NCBI GenBank assembly: GCA_951406725.2
Contig: OX597830.1
Span: 22,692,001-22,756,000, forward strand
Source: Octopus vulgaris
Taxonomy: Eukaryota
Direction of reading: 5' to 3'
DNA: 64,000 bases
Positions 13,615-25,645 of this stretch are shown here, piece by piece. The notes beneath the pieces were generated by a model. The model had not been told where the DNA came from. It was given only the letters and a program-made list of their open reading frames with translations, and did not search any database. The stretch's first letter is position 1. Each line of letters begins with the position of its first letter. Both the position numbers and the translations under genes were made by a program.

Positions 13615-13933
13615 CTGTTGATAGTACATGGCAAAAAACGTTGTATGGTGCGTCTTGCTGTGGCCGATCGGTCCGATGAGTGCTCAGAAGGCACTGTTGT
13701 AAGATAGGCACTGGTGGTCTGCCGAGACTGAAGGCGAGTAGTTGGCTCTGGACTTGCACAGTTCACGCTTTTTTTTTGTGTCCTTACAATCCTGTTCTGT
13801 TCGCAGGAGGTGGCATCTCTGTTGGAGCAACCTCGCCTGGCAGGGCAGTCTTGTGCTTGCGTTTCTCGGGTGTTGGGTTTGATCTCAAAACTCTTCAGTG
13901 GTGCTTTGAATGTATTCTTGAAGTGCTTTTTTC
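13615..13933 (-). pseudogene. RTE (BovB-like) LINE ORF2 C-terminal fragment with decayed C2H2 finger
   Basis: Minus translation KKHFKNTFKAPLKSFEIKPNTRETQAQDCPARR...EQNRIVRTQKK/RELCKSRA...DHQC...F*ALIG/IGHSKTH fits the RTE ORF2 tail pattern; frameshifted. Confidence 0.8.
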
Positions 13934-13949
13934 TGTATGCATGTGTATG

Positions 13950-14006
<57 letters not shown>

Positions 14007-14029
14007 ATATATATCTAGGGCGGGTAAAA

Positions 14030-14158
14030 TTCCCGAAATCCCTGGACGAATTCCCTCCAGCGGTCTTTGTCATCATCGCTGCCATGTCCTGTGTCTCCCA
14101 GAGACCAGTGTCTGCCCTTAGGGCATCAACATATGTCATCCTCGGTCTCCCTCTTCCA
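14030..14158 (-). pseudogene. RTE-type LINE ORF2 C-terminal fragment
   Basis: GRGRPRMTYVDALRADTGL motif, typical of RTE ORF2 ends. Confidence 0.7.
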
Positions 14159-14264
14159 CAAAACACAAAACACTTGCCCTAAGTATTTGGTTGATACTCG
14201 GTTGCATATACAGTGAAGGGGCTCACACAGGAGCAATGAGTGAAGTATGAACTCTTAATGACGG

Positions 14265-14746
14265 TGAGTGTCAGTTTCTTTTACAGATATATTATACTTT
14301 TTACCAATGGGAACATTTACATCTATTAGTCTACAAGTATTTTCTTCCCTGTCTTTAATGACTATGTCTAGACGATTAGCCTGGATCGTTCTGTTGGTGT
14401 TGACTGGAAAATTCCAGAGGATAGTGATATTTTTAGCTTCAACGACCGGCTCAGGATGATATTCATATCAGTAAGCAGGAGTGTTGATTTTGTAGTGTTT
14501 ATATAGTTTCCAATGTAAATACTCTCCTACCTATCATGGCGATTTTTGTATTCGTTTGGCATCAGCACAGGACATCTCGAGATGAAATGGTCTATTGTTT
14601 CATCAAATTTGTAGGAGAATCTGCATTTGGGGTCAGAACCATTTTGAAGAACGTTAGCCTGATAATTTTTGGTTAACAAGCTTTGAACTTGTGCCGCTAC
14701 TATGAAACTTTCAGTCTCTGTTTTCAGTCCTGAGCTTCTCAGCCAC

Positions 14747-14748
<2 letters not shown>
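14265..14748 (-). pseudogene. R4/Dong-clade non-LTR retrotransposon fragment (CCHC knuckle plus restriction-like endonuclease)
   Basis: KWLRSSGLKTETESFIVAAQ...DPKCRF...ETIDHFISRCP...RHD...ILWNFPVNTNRTIQANRLDIVI...LIDVNVP; stops and frameshift present. Confidence 0.85.
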
Positions 14749-14834
<86 letters not shown>

Positions 14835-14837
<3 letters not shown>

Positions 14838-15480
14838 TGCCTTTGCACAGCTTCTAACGCTGGAGATGTACTACGGTGTCAGCTGTTCACTACCAATGGA
14901 CTAAGGTAACACCTCTTATTTTTCGAGCACCTTCCGGGGTATTTGAGCGGTTCCAAGCAGTGCTGTTTTCTGCAAGTGCTCCACCCTTATTACAGCCCCT
15001 ATTTGTTCCATGTACTTCTCGAGATTTTTACTCACTGTTCCCAGGGCTCCGACAATTATTGGTACCGCCTTTTTCATTGACCACAACTGCTTTACCTCCC
15101 AAGCTAACCTGTCATACCTATCGACTTTTCTTTCTTCCTAATTGCATAACTTGTCGTCAGCTGGGCATGCTATATCTATGATCCAGCATAGTTTACTTTC
15201 TTTTTCAATTAAGACTATGTCTGGCTTCCTATTTTCTATCTCATGGTCGCACTGAATCATAAAATCCCACAGGATCTTTGCATTATCATTTTCGATGATG
15301 CCTTCGGGTTTGTGGTCGTACCAATGTTTTTCTCTGTTAAGACCATACTTGTTGCAAAGCGTTCAATGGACAAGCCTTGCTATATTGTGGTGGCGTCTCT
15401 TATATTCCTTCTGGGCTAGTGGCGTACATTGGCTGGTAATATGCCATACGGTTTCACCATTTTATCCATAGATTCTGCAC
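14835..15480 (-). pseudogene. R4/Dong-clade retrotransposon 3' end with 3' UTR, inside a (TAA)n tract
   Basis: CRI..ETVWHITSQC..RRHH..ILWDFMIQCDHEIENRKPDIV..IIDIACP..KVDRY..PIIVGALG..LQKTALLGTA..*; (TTA)n/(TCA)n on both sides. Confidence 0.9.
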
Positions 15481-15483
15481 TAA

Positions 15484-15553
<70 letters not shown>

Positions 15554-15789
15554 TTCCTTTCATTTCACTGTATATGCAACCGAGTATCAACCAAATACTT
15601 AGGGCAAGTGTTTTGTGTTTTGTGTTTTCATTCACTTAAGTCATATCACAAAAGTTTATAGATAAAAAAAAATTCAGACAATAAGTATAGAAAGATAGGA
15701 GTGGTTAAAAGAAGTATAAAAGAATATAAATATGTAAGTTTATTTTGCATTGAAGATGCATAAATGGTATCAAATATCAATTAAATATA

Positions 15790-16990
15790 TTATGGAAATT
15801 AAACAGAAAAGATTGTGTGTTGACGTATATTACTAGAACTAACTTTTGGATTTCAAAGATGCTCCGTTTACTGTCTGTCTTTTAAAAATACCTTTGAACA
15901 CCTTTCTTTATGACACTTAGTGCTCTAATCACTATCGGAATAGCTTGGGTTTCAACGTGTCATAAGTAGACACTCTTTTGCGTCTTCACCAAATTCAGTT
16001 CGGTCATCATAGGGCGTTCAAGAGGAGGCAGTATAAATGTTTATGGTCTGGGGTCGCCCTGGAAGCTGGGTTGTCTGCTTAACGACCTCAGGTCACTATC
16101 TATGGATGTGACAGCCGTCAGTAAACCAGGATTTCTGATACACGCGATCTAGCCCCCATTTTTTCGACGATTTCGGTACCTACGCATCTCTTAGTCGGTC
16201 TGGAATGGGAGGTAGGCTGAGATGGCAGTGCTGTTTAGAAAAAAACCCTGGATTTCGGGGTACGGACGATCTTCCTGTACCCGGAAAGTAAGTATGTGTT
16301 CCTGGATGTGAGCAACAGCCATATTCTGTTTATCTCTATTTCAAGATCTATATATCTTGCAAATTTTTCTTACTCTTCTGCTGATACACCAGATGGTACA
16401 ACCATGTTGATCAATAAGCAGGTCTTGCTTTTAAAACCTTTAATAAGATCTTAAATAAAGCAGGTCCTGCTCTTAAAATATTTAATAATAACAATAATAA
16501 CAATAATATCATCAGGGAGGTTTGTATTTATATTTACGATCTGTGTAGGTGGTATTGTCTCAAAAGATTGTTACTCCTTCACTCTCAGTTACGGGTTGTG
16601 GTTTCTATTCATAGAAGCTTTCTGGATGTTCTGCATTATATTATTTACATATTATCCAGTAGATGTATTGTCCCACTCTACCGTGTCAGGTGTCATATTC
16701 ATTGGGTGTTAATGTGGGGCATCTGATATTATATGTTCAATAGTTTCTAGCTGTACATTAGATATCCCGCATTTGGGGTCTGTTCCATTTCTGAAAATAT
16801 TTGCCCGAAAATTCCTAGTAAAGAGGCTTTAGTCCTGGGCACAGATAAAGCCTTCAGCACAGATAAAACCTTCTGTTTCAACCTTTAACCCCCGAACTTC
16901 GTAGTCCCTGATGGGGTTTGGGTTTGGCGTACATCAGCGTCTTGGGTGTGATGTCGGAATTGGTCCAGGCAATGGTTTTTGTTGCCCGTC
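15790..16990 (-). pseudogene. Third, older R4/Dong fragment, split by a Tx1-like insertion
   Basis: LKVETEGFICA..DPKCG..ETIEHIIS at 16700-16890; AIPIVIRALS at 15915-15950. Confidence 0.7.
16030..16315 (+). pseudogene. Tx1/L1-like LINE APE endonuclease N-terminal fragment
   Basis: SINVYGLGSPWKLGCLLNDLRSLSMDVTAVS...AVLFRK..; homologous piece at 61610-61860. Confidence 0.6.
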
Positions 16991-17269
16991 GCAACTAGTA
17001 AACAATAGCGTTGTTCATGGTTACAGGTTTTCATAGGGTTAATCACTGGTTCACTTCATTTCTAACTAATAGCCTCAAGGGAGTGTCTGTAACTCGGTGT
17101 AAAACAAATACTACGAAGAACTTATTTTGAAAAGCACCAGCTGTTTTCTCGCTGTTATTTATTACCTCTGCTGACACACATAAGAATCCACACAAACATA
17201 CTGCATATCTCTGTATATGTGTGTGAGCCTCGCTGTGTGCGTGTGTATGTATATGCATGACTGTGAGTG

Positions 17270-17301
<32 letters not shown>

Positions 17302-17394
17302 TGTATGTATGTATGTATGTATGTATGTATGTATGTATGTATGTATGTATGTGTGTATGTACGTGCGTACGTACGTGTGTATGTATATAAATAA

Positions 17395-17451
<57 letters not shown>

Positions 17452-17455
<4 letters not shown>

Positions 17456-18997
17456 TTTATTTTATCTAGTTTCAGCTCACGAGCTGTGGCCATGCTGGGG
17501 CTCCGCCATTTGGTGTTGCTACATGATTTTACTTCACGAAATGCTTTTTAGCAATTGCCATTTGGTGCATGAGAGAGTTCGATGCAGCTGCCCTCATCTG
17601 CACCTCCTGTCGTGAAGTTGGTTCATCTGGGACACCTGATTCTAAGGAATAGAGTCTTAATATCTTGAGTCTTTCCCAGTAGCTTATATGCTGCACAGAG
17701 GCTATCTTCTTCGTGTAGCTTCGTTGGATCGCCTCAAGTTTTGTGATTAACTTGACACTGGATGGTGACCATAGCTGAGAGCAATAGTCAAAGTGGCTTA
17801 GGACAAGTGTCCTCCAGAGGACCATCATGGTTTCCTGGTCTCTTGTTCTAACGGTTCTAAGAATCCATCCGGTCAGCCGCCTACATTTCATTGCCAATTT
17901 AGCAACATGCACATGAAAGGTTGCATCATCACTCATGTAAATACCCAGGTCTCGCACTAATTGTGTCTCTGGGATTGTAATCCCTCCAGGTCCAGTGTAT
18001 TTATTGGGTATTGCATTTAGTTTTGCATGCTGATAGTATAAAGCTTGAAACTTTTCAGCATTGAACTGCATGCTATTCTTTTCAGCCCACTTGTATATTT
18101 TGTCCAGCTCACATTGCAGGTGCTTAGTGTCTTCAGGGTTCTGTATTGCCTGTGAAACTTTTGTATCATCTGCATAACTTGTGATCGTGGCTCTCTGCGT
18201 GGCTGGGGGCATGTCTTAGAGGGCCATTATGAACAGTAGTGGTCCCAAAACAGTGCCTTGCGGAACACCGCTCACTATTTGCTACTACCACCTGACTTCT
18301 ATCCTTCAGAAAGTCATGAAGCCATTCTCCCAATTTTCCAACTATGCCAAATTCACGCAGTTTGTGACATATCATTCCATGATCGACTTTATCAAAGGCC
18401 TTTGCAAAGTCGAGATATATGACTTCCACATTTGAGTGGTTGAGCAGTCGTTTCAGCACCCAGTCATAGTGTTGTAGGAGCTGAGTTAAGCAGCTTCTTC
18501 CTGGTCGGAAACCATGTTGGGTGTCAGGCAGCAAGTCATTTTCTTCAAGGAAGGTGATTAGTTTCCTTCTGACTGTTCGTTCCATGACCTTGCTGATGTG
18601 TAAGGTCAGAGAGATAGGTCTGTATTTCTTGGCCTCCGCTCTGCTACCTCCTTTATGAATATGGCATATTTTACCTTCCTTCAGTTTTCTTGGAAGTTTG
18701 CCAGTTGCAAGGAAGCTCTGAAAGAGGAACTGCAGTGGTCTTGCTAGGACTCTCTTACATACTTTTAGAAGGATTGCTGGGAATCCATCGGGGCCAGTAG
18801 CTGAGTTTGTTTTCATTTCATCTATAGCCTTTATTACATCGTCTTCCTTTATATTGATGTAATCAATCATCGCTGCCTCTGATTTTATATCTGCAGTGGT
18901 AAAGAAGTCAATTGGATTGCTGACTTGAAAATGCTCTAGGGGTGGAGTGAAAATACTCTTGAATTGCTCATTTAGTATTTCACTTATCCTTATTGGA
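17452..18997 (-). pseudogene. 5'-truncated CR1-group LINE: reverse transcriptase domain and 3' end
   Basis: GPDG, YRPISL, QHGF, YLDFAKAFDKV, GVPQG and YADD motifs in ORFs 18166-19116 and 17529-18212; frameshifting deletion near 18270; flanked by (TA)n. Confidence 0.95.
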
Positions 18998-19009
18998 TAT
19001 ATATATATA

Positions 19010-19085
<76 letters not shown>

Positions 19086-19309
19086 TATATATACATACAC
19101 ACATATACATATACATTTATGTATATGTAATGTCGATCAATGAGAATGAATGCTCAACACCGCATTAGTGGACAAGGACTCTTTATTTGTGTATTAAGGC
19201 TATCATTGGTTTCGTGTTAAGAAATTGTCTTAAAATTAAACCAATGGTAACCGTAATACACACACACACACACACGCTAAAAAGTACACAAATACATGCA
19301 CATATACAT

Positions 19310-19621
19310 TTATCTTTTATCTTTTTTACTTAGTCATTAGACTACGGCCATGCTGAGGCACCGCCTTCAAGAATTTTCATACGAATGAATCGACCCTAGT
19401 ACTTATGTCTTTTTTAAAGCTTTGTACTTATTCTATCGGTTACTTTTGCCAAACCGCCAAGTTACGGAGACGTAAACACACCAACACCGGTTGTGAAGCG
19501 GTGGTAGTTGGGGACAAACACAGACTCAAACGCACACGCACACACGTACAAGGTACTACGCAGTGGGAGACTGAACCCGGAACCATGTGGTTGGGAAGCA
19601 AGCTTCTTGCCACACAGCCAC
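19310..19621 (-). mobile_element. SINE family A with internal deletion
   Basis: Tail, body and head modules all recognisable. Confidence 0.8.
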
Positions 19622-19929
19622 TGGCAGTTTCTTCTTATCCGAGGATCACGAGGAAGAGCAGCACACCTTCTTGTGGCCATGTAAACTGATCCTTTATGTT
19701 GTAGGGTTTTTCTTCCTGCCCGCTCTTCGCTTAATAGTTTTCGTATGATCGCGCAATGCGATCTCATTTTTTAGGCCTAGAGGTCTGACCACAGTGACTC
19801 AGCGGCCTAAGTAAGACAGCTGCAGTAATCAGTTGGCTTTATATCGATGAGGCCTTTCTTCTGGGTGAATTACCTAACAGGGCTGGAGAGCTCTACCTAT
19901 TCAGGAGTTACCAGAAGGGTATCAAGGGC

Positions 19930-20172
19930 ACACGCGAAGGAACGTGGATTAGTGGTTAGGGTGTTCGGGTAACGATCGTAAGGTCGTGGGTCGGATTCAC
20001 GGCGGCGTGCTGTATCCTTAAGCAAGACACTTTATTTCACGTTACTCCAGTCCACTCAACTGGCAAAAATGAGTTGTACCTGTATTTCAAAAGGGCCAGC
20101 CTTGTCACATCCTGTGTCATGCTGGATCGGATCAATTTTATTCCTCGTCGTCGTAGCCGACAGAATGCCGGT
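19930..20172 (+). mobile_element. SINE family C (tRNA head, CORE-like tgtatccttaagcaagacac segment)
   Basis: A box tggattagtggtt, degenerate B-box-like segment; related copies at 31130-31325, 31880-32180, 48586-48845, 50243-50610 and 54300-54535. Confidence 0.75.
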
Positions 20173-20467
20173 AGCAGTATTAAAATGGTACCGGATTGCT
20201 TGAGTTACTCCATTTCTTGATATTCTGTCATGGTTGAAGCCTCTGAGCTAACTTTAAACTCCATCTGGTAGTGCGGCCCTGGCTCGGAACTTCCAAGATT
20301 TTGAGGAATGTAGAGCCGTCTTTTTAGCCAGTATTGTTCCCGGGTCTACTCTGACCCGGAGTAGTGGCACGTGTCGCGATCCCAACTACGGGATAATTAA
20401 CATGCTATGAAAGAAGCTCCAAGCACAAACCCTCACTGACTTGTGAGTGCTTTGGCAAAGGACAAGG

Positions 20468-20566
<99 letters not shown>

Positions 20567-20569
20567 TTG

Positions 20570-21100
20570 AATAAACCTGGCTTCCTTCAAGTGTAGACGG
20601 CATTTTCTGTGGCTCCTTCGCCGTTCTCAAAAATAGCGTTCGTAATATTTTATCTCGTTCGGCTTAACAGCCCTTCTTGTCTGTGTTACTGTTATTCTCC
20701 TTGTCCTGTCTTTTACTGTTTGTATTTTGTACTGTCGTTACTGTCCTGTTTTTGTTACCATTTTTACCCCTCCGCAAAAAAATCTCAAATTTTATTTAAT
20801 TTGCTTTTCGCGGGAAGGAATGTCTCATTAAAGTCGTGTCTCGCCTTGACCTTCGAAACGCGGAGTAGATGAAACAAAGGCGACTGAAGAAGGGGAATTT
20901 TCCTTGTATTGTATGTCCTGTACTCTATTTTTTCGTTGTTTAAGAAAAATGTCCATTTCCTTGGTTTTGTGTTTATGTTTTCGTTTCTCATTGTGTTCGA
21001 CGTATTTTTGGTGTCCTGTACCCATATATGCATGTATATATACATGTAGAGGTAGGTACGTACATATATGTATGTATATATGCATATGTTTTATTTTATT
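20570..21100 (+). repeat. Interspersed repeat embedded in (TA)n, PLE-end-like
   Basis: Reverse-complement copy at 35650-36190; its terminal part forms the foldback at 41385-41536. Confidence 0.65.
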
Positions 21101-21362
21101 TAAACAAACAATTCATATAAACGGTTAAAAAACAAAAGTAAGAAGAAAACAACGAACGTGAGGACGTGCACAAGAAGTATATTAGCTTGACGCTCGGTAA
21201 AAGGAGAGAGTTTAACGTTTCGAGCATAACTCTTCGTCGGAAAGGAGACAGGGAAAAAGGAGAAAAGGTGGAGGATTGTTTTTGGAGCACCTGGTTCGTG
21301 GAGATCTTACTCTCTCCTTGGATTATGTTACCTTTTAATTCATTCGGAGTACGTAGTTTCAG

Positions 21363-21426
<64 letters not shown>

Positions 21427-22139
21427 CATATACATATCACACATATATAATAGCTGTTTTCTCGTGTACGAGCAAATCGAATTATAGAAAGAAGCATTGA
21501 AGTGAGTCATTGATAATGCAATGTGAGACTCGTGCATGACTCTTGAGCTCCGCCATAGATTTGCACATTCTATTGTATAATGCACAGCTGTGCTGGCTGG
21601 CAGAAGGAACAGGTGTCACAGTATCGAGTATTTCGACATGCCTTATCAATCCCTCAACTGAAAGTACACCTTTCTACAGGTTGTACATGTTCTGCTGTGA
21701 ACAATAGCCTTATCATACGTACATGCATACATACATACATACATACATACATACATACATACATACATACATACATACATACATACATACATACATACAT
21801 ACATACACAGATGTATGTATATATAAATATACATCCCTCCATGTGTATGTACAGATATGATTCACATACACCCACACCAATTTTTTTTTCCATCAATCTT
21901 TCAATTATAAAGTGTGTGCTTTTTAATCCCCTTCAAGCCCCATTTAGACCCCTTTTCACATTTGGTTAATATAACCCGATTTCATTCGGGTCTACTGGGG
22001 CCACATTTTATAAGATGAGGAATTTTGTCCTAGAGGTGACGCCTTTCATTTGAGGAAAAAAATAGTTGTCATGCAAACTTGCCAGCACTTTTAACATAGA
22101 TGTGCATATTTTCAGCTCAACCGACCACATAATGCACAC

Positions 22140-22184
<45 letters not shown>

Positions 22185-22187
22185 TCA

Positions 22188-22251
<64 letters not shown>

Positions 22252-22429
22252 TGGAGTCTCTCTCATACGTGAGCGTTGACGCTGAATTCGACTGGTAAGC
22301 AGGTAACCTTGTCTTTGTTGAAATAGTTGTGAGCAGTTGGAGTTATTTCTCTGACGGGTAATAAGAATTTCCATATCCTCCGAGGAAACGAACTGTTGAC
22401 CCAGACAATTAGAATTAATTTTAATAAAA

Positions 22430-22759
22430 GCGTCAATTTAAGAAAAAATAATAAAGTAGTAAAAAATGAAAATTTAGCACGAAAAATTTGCAGGGGTCTA
22501 AATAAATGTTAAAATGTAATAGATACGAAAAACCTATGTTATCACCAGAACACGAACGCTCGTTGGTGTTTTCTGTTTGTATTTGGTCGATCGGCGCGTT
22601 GACAGGTAGACAATAGAATGCGATGGCGATGGCGATGGAATATTTGTTTCTCTCTATGAATGCAGACAGATACATAAGTGAAAGTTATGGGAAGGTAAGA
22701 AATAGATTGAGTGAAAATGTGCTGGGAAGAAAGGAAATAGCGAGAGTGAGTTGAGGAAG

Positions 22760-22793
<34 letters not shown>

Positions 22794-23360
22794 GCAAATA
22801 TGAACATGGAGGGATGTATATTCATATATACATTCAGCCATGTGTATATGTATGTATGAATGTGTACATATATAAATCTCTTATTATAAAAGGCAGATTT
22901 TATCTGCCTCCCTTTGTCAGTTATAGAAATCTACAATATAGGATTTCTTCAATTACAATTTACCTAGCATTTTTAAGAGTAGAATGCATCGGGTCATGCC
23001 AGGTCCAGTTTTTAAAATTTAAACTCCAATTAAGCAAAATTTACAGAAAACTCACATTCTGGTGTGTATGTCAAATGCTTTTCTTAATGTGGTTTACACC
23101 ACACGCACACGCACACACACAGTGTGCAACGAATAAAATGAAAGTAATTCACTGTGTGTGTGTTGACAGGTAGACAATAGAATGCGATGGCGATGGCGAT
23201 GGCGATGTAATATTTGTTTCTGTCTATCACGCTGATAGATACACGAGTAAAATGTATGGCAAGCTAAGAGATAAGAGTGAGTGAAAATGTTCTTGGAAGA
23301 GAATAAATAGCAAGAGAGTGATTTGAGGAAGACTTTACATTAAATAACCGTAGTGGCTTG
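22430..23360 (+). mobile_element. Helitron-like non-autonomous fragments with an internal segment of about 170 bp present twice
   Basis: a|tctcttattataaaaggcag 5' start near 22877; gttgacaggtagacaatagaatgcgatggcgatggcgatg... at about 22598 and about 23162. Confidence 0.5.
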
Positions 23361-23380
23361 TATATATATATATATACATA

Positions 23381-23635
23381 CATAAGACAGTAAGGTGTGA
23401 TTTGAGGGAGATTTGGCTGCTATTTCTGCCATGTAGGGGTCTCCCTCATAGGCTCATACATACATATATACATAGATAAGACAGTAAGGTGTGATTTGGG
23501 GGAAATTTGGCTGCTATTTCTACCAGGTCTAGCTACCATGTAGAGGTCCCCCTTATTGGCTCATATATATATACATACATAAGACAGTAAGGTGTGATTT
23601 GAGGGAGATTTGGCTGCTGTTTCTACCAGGTCTGT
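23381..23635 (+). repeat. Three tandem copies (about 95-100 bp) of the family D 3' module
   Basis: ataagacagtaaggtgtgattt.gggaratttggctgct starts near 23382, 23476 and 23579. Confidence 0.9.
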
Positions 23636-23962
23636 TAGGCCTTCTCATGTAAACTCAAGCTTTCTCATGCCTTGAACATAAGACCAAAGCAGAGAATGTA
23701 TTCTTTTATTCTTCTGCTTTTTCCAGCCATTGGTCTGTGGCCATGCTGGGGCAATGCTTTGAAGAATTGCAGTTTAATGAATCAACTCCAGTTTTATTTT
23801 TGTAAGCATTGTACTTATTCTATCTGTTTCCTTTGTCAAACCACTAGGTGACAGGGATGTAAACAAACCAACATTCGTTGTCAAGCAGTGGTGGAGGACA
23901 ATCACAAGCACAGACACGCACACACATACATGCATACACATATACACACATACATACATACA

Positions 23963-23998
<36 letters not shown>

Positions 23999-24016
23999 TA
24001 TGTGTGTATATATATA

Positions 24017-24340
24017 TTGCAACGTGGAAGGTGTTTGTAAGCCATTTAAGAAACACACAAAAACCGTTAGATTCAGTTCAACATTTAAATTTAATTTGCC
24101 AAAATATTTTCCTCGCTTTGAGACCGCGACCTGTTCACTGACAAAAATATCGTGCTAACAGGTCGCGGTCTCAAAGCGACGAAAATATTTTGACAAATTA
24201 AATTTAAATGTTGAAGTGAATCTAACGGTTTTTGTGTGTTTCTTAAATGGCTTATAAACACCTTCAACGCTGCAACTGTTTTCGTTCCAGCACACGATCT
24301 CAGATCAAGTCACTTGCTATGCAAGTACATCTCTGTAACT
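24017..24340. mobile_element. Foldback PLE-end-like element (arms 24017-24135 and 24157-24275)
   Basis: About 120-bp inverted arms with few mismatches, inside (TA)n; second family member at 62657-62905. Confidence 0.8.
24095..24145 (-). ncRNA. Type I hammerhead-like motif with G3:C8 variant core
   Basis: UUUGUCA GUGAACA G GUCGC [GGUCUCAAA] GCGAG GAAA AUAU UU|UGGCAAA; the opposite arm has GCGAC, which restores stem II. Confidence 0.6.
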
Positions 24341-24351
24341 ATATATATATT

Positions 24352-24382
<31 letters not shown>

Positions 24383-24446
24383 TGGTAAAAACAGTAAGAT
24401 AACAAAAAGAAAGAAAGAGACCTCAATATTATGTAAATAGAGGAAA

Positions 24447-24841
24447 TCTTTATATATAAAAGTGAGGTTGTGTGTCTGTCTCCTACGATTTAGATTCCTA
24501 ACTACTCCCACATTTTGCGGTGCAGTTTAACCAAAACCGGGTATCTTATAGTCGTGATTCATATCGAGACCGTCTGGGTATTAGCGCGCGTCTACGATGA
24601 GTCTACGATTTAAAAAAAAATTTACCATCAATTTTTCCCATTTTTAATCCATTTTTGACATATATAAGGGAAGTAACTCTCTAAAATTTATTATTAAATC
24701 TCAGAACGTAAAAAGCTACAGTAACACCCCTCCCCCTTTGTGGTTAGCCATATTGAGATGGCTATTATACTTTACATCTCTAAAAATGCTTATATAATTA
24801 TTTCCCTTACAAACCCGAGCAACGCCGGGCGATACTGCTAG
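24447..24841 (+). mobile_element. Complete non-autonomous Helitron
   Basis: A|TC start (tctttatatataaaa), subterminal hairpin cccgagcaacgccggg, CTAG|T end, no TSD. Confidence 0.85.
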
Positions 24842-25110
24842 TATATATATAAACGGTAAAATGTCTGTGTGTGTGTCCTTCATACAAATCCACAATATTT
24901 CAGTTTGAGGGCTCGCACTTTCTATGGTCATTCAAAACCGACCCAGAGTAGTCATGCACATCTTTACATTTCCCCAGTCACCTCGCAAAGCAATTAAAAA
25001 ATCAATAGAAGTGACTTTTTTGTGAATTTTCTATCCCAAACCCAATCAAAATACCCGAAACTTGATACACCAATTGAATGCTAGCTAGCTGTATGTGATT
25101 GGTCGGAGAT
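24842..25110 (+). mobile_element. Second Helitron-like 5' fragment
   Basis: tatatatataaacggtaaaatgtctgtgtgtgt start resembles the preceding element's 5' organisation; no 3' end seen. Confidence 0.45.
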
Positions 25111-25138
25111 ATATGTATATACATACATACATACATAC

Positions 25139-25199
<61 letters not shown>

Positions 25200-25645
25200 C
25201 ATATATATATATGTATATACATACATATACATATATGTATGTATATACGTACATACATACATACATACATTCATACATACATACATACATACATACATAC
25301 ATGCATACATACATACATACATACATACATACATACATACATACATACATACATACATACATACATGCATATATTATGTATGTATACCACATTAAGAAAC
25401 GGACCGGAACAAATATTTCAGCAAAAATATTTACTGGAGGGCACAATGAAATAAAAAAAAATAAAAATAAAATAAAAATAAAAATAAAATAAAATAAAAA
25501 TAAAATAAAAATAATAATAATAAATAATAAATTTTCAGAACGATAAGCTATCTTTCTTTAAATAGAATGATACGGAGAAAATAAATCAAATGTGTTTATT
25601 TTGATTTATTTTCCACGTGGTATATTTATCACTGAGACATTTGTA

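Larger units (their letters stand above)
14157..15624. repeat. Perfect 61-bp inverted repeat pair (14157-14217 and 15564-15624)
   Basis: cacaaaacacaaaacacttgccctaagtatttggttgatactcggttgcatatacagtgaa and its exact reverse complement. Confidence 0.92.

Noticed and set aside
20845-20920. ccttcGAAA...CUGAAGAagggg as a permuted (type II) hammerhead, also at 35960-36020
   Set aside because: No consistent stem I or stem III pairing in either copy.
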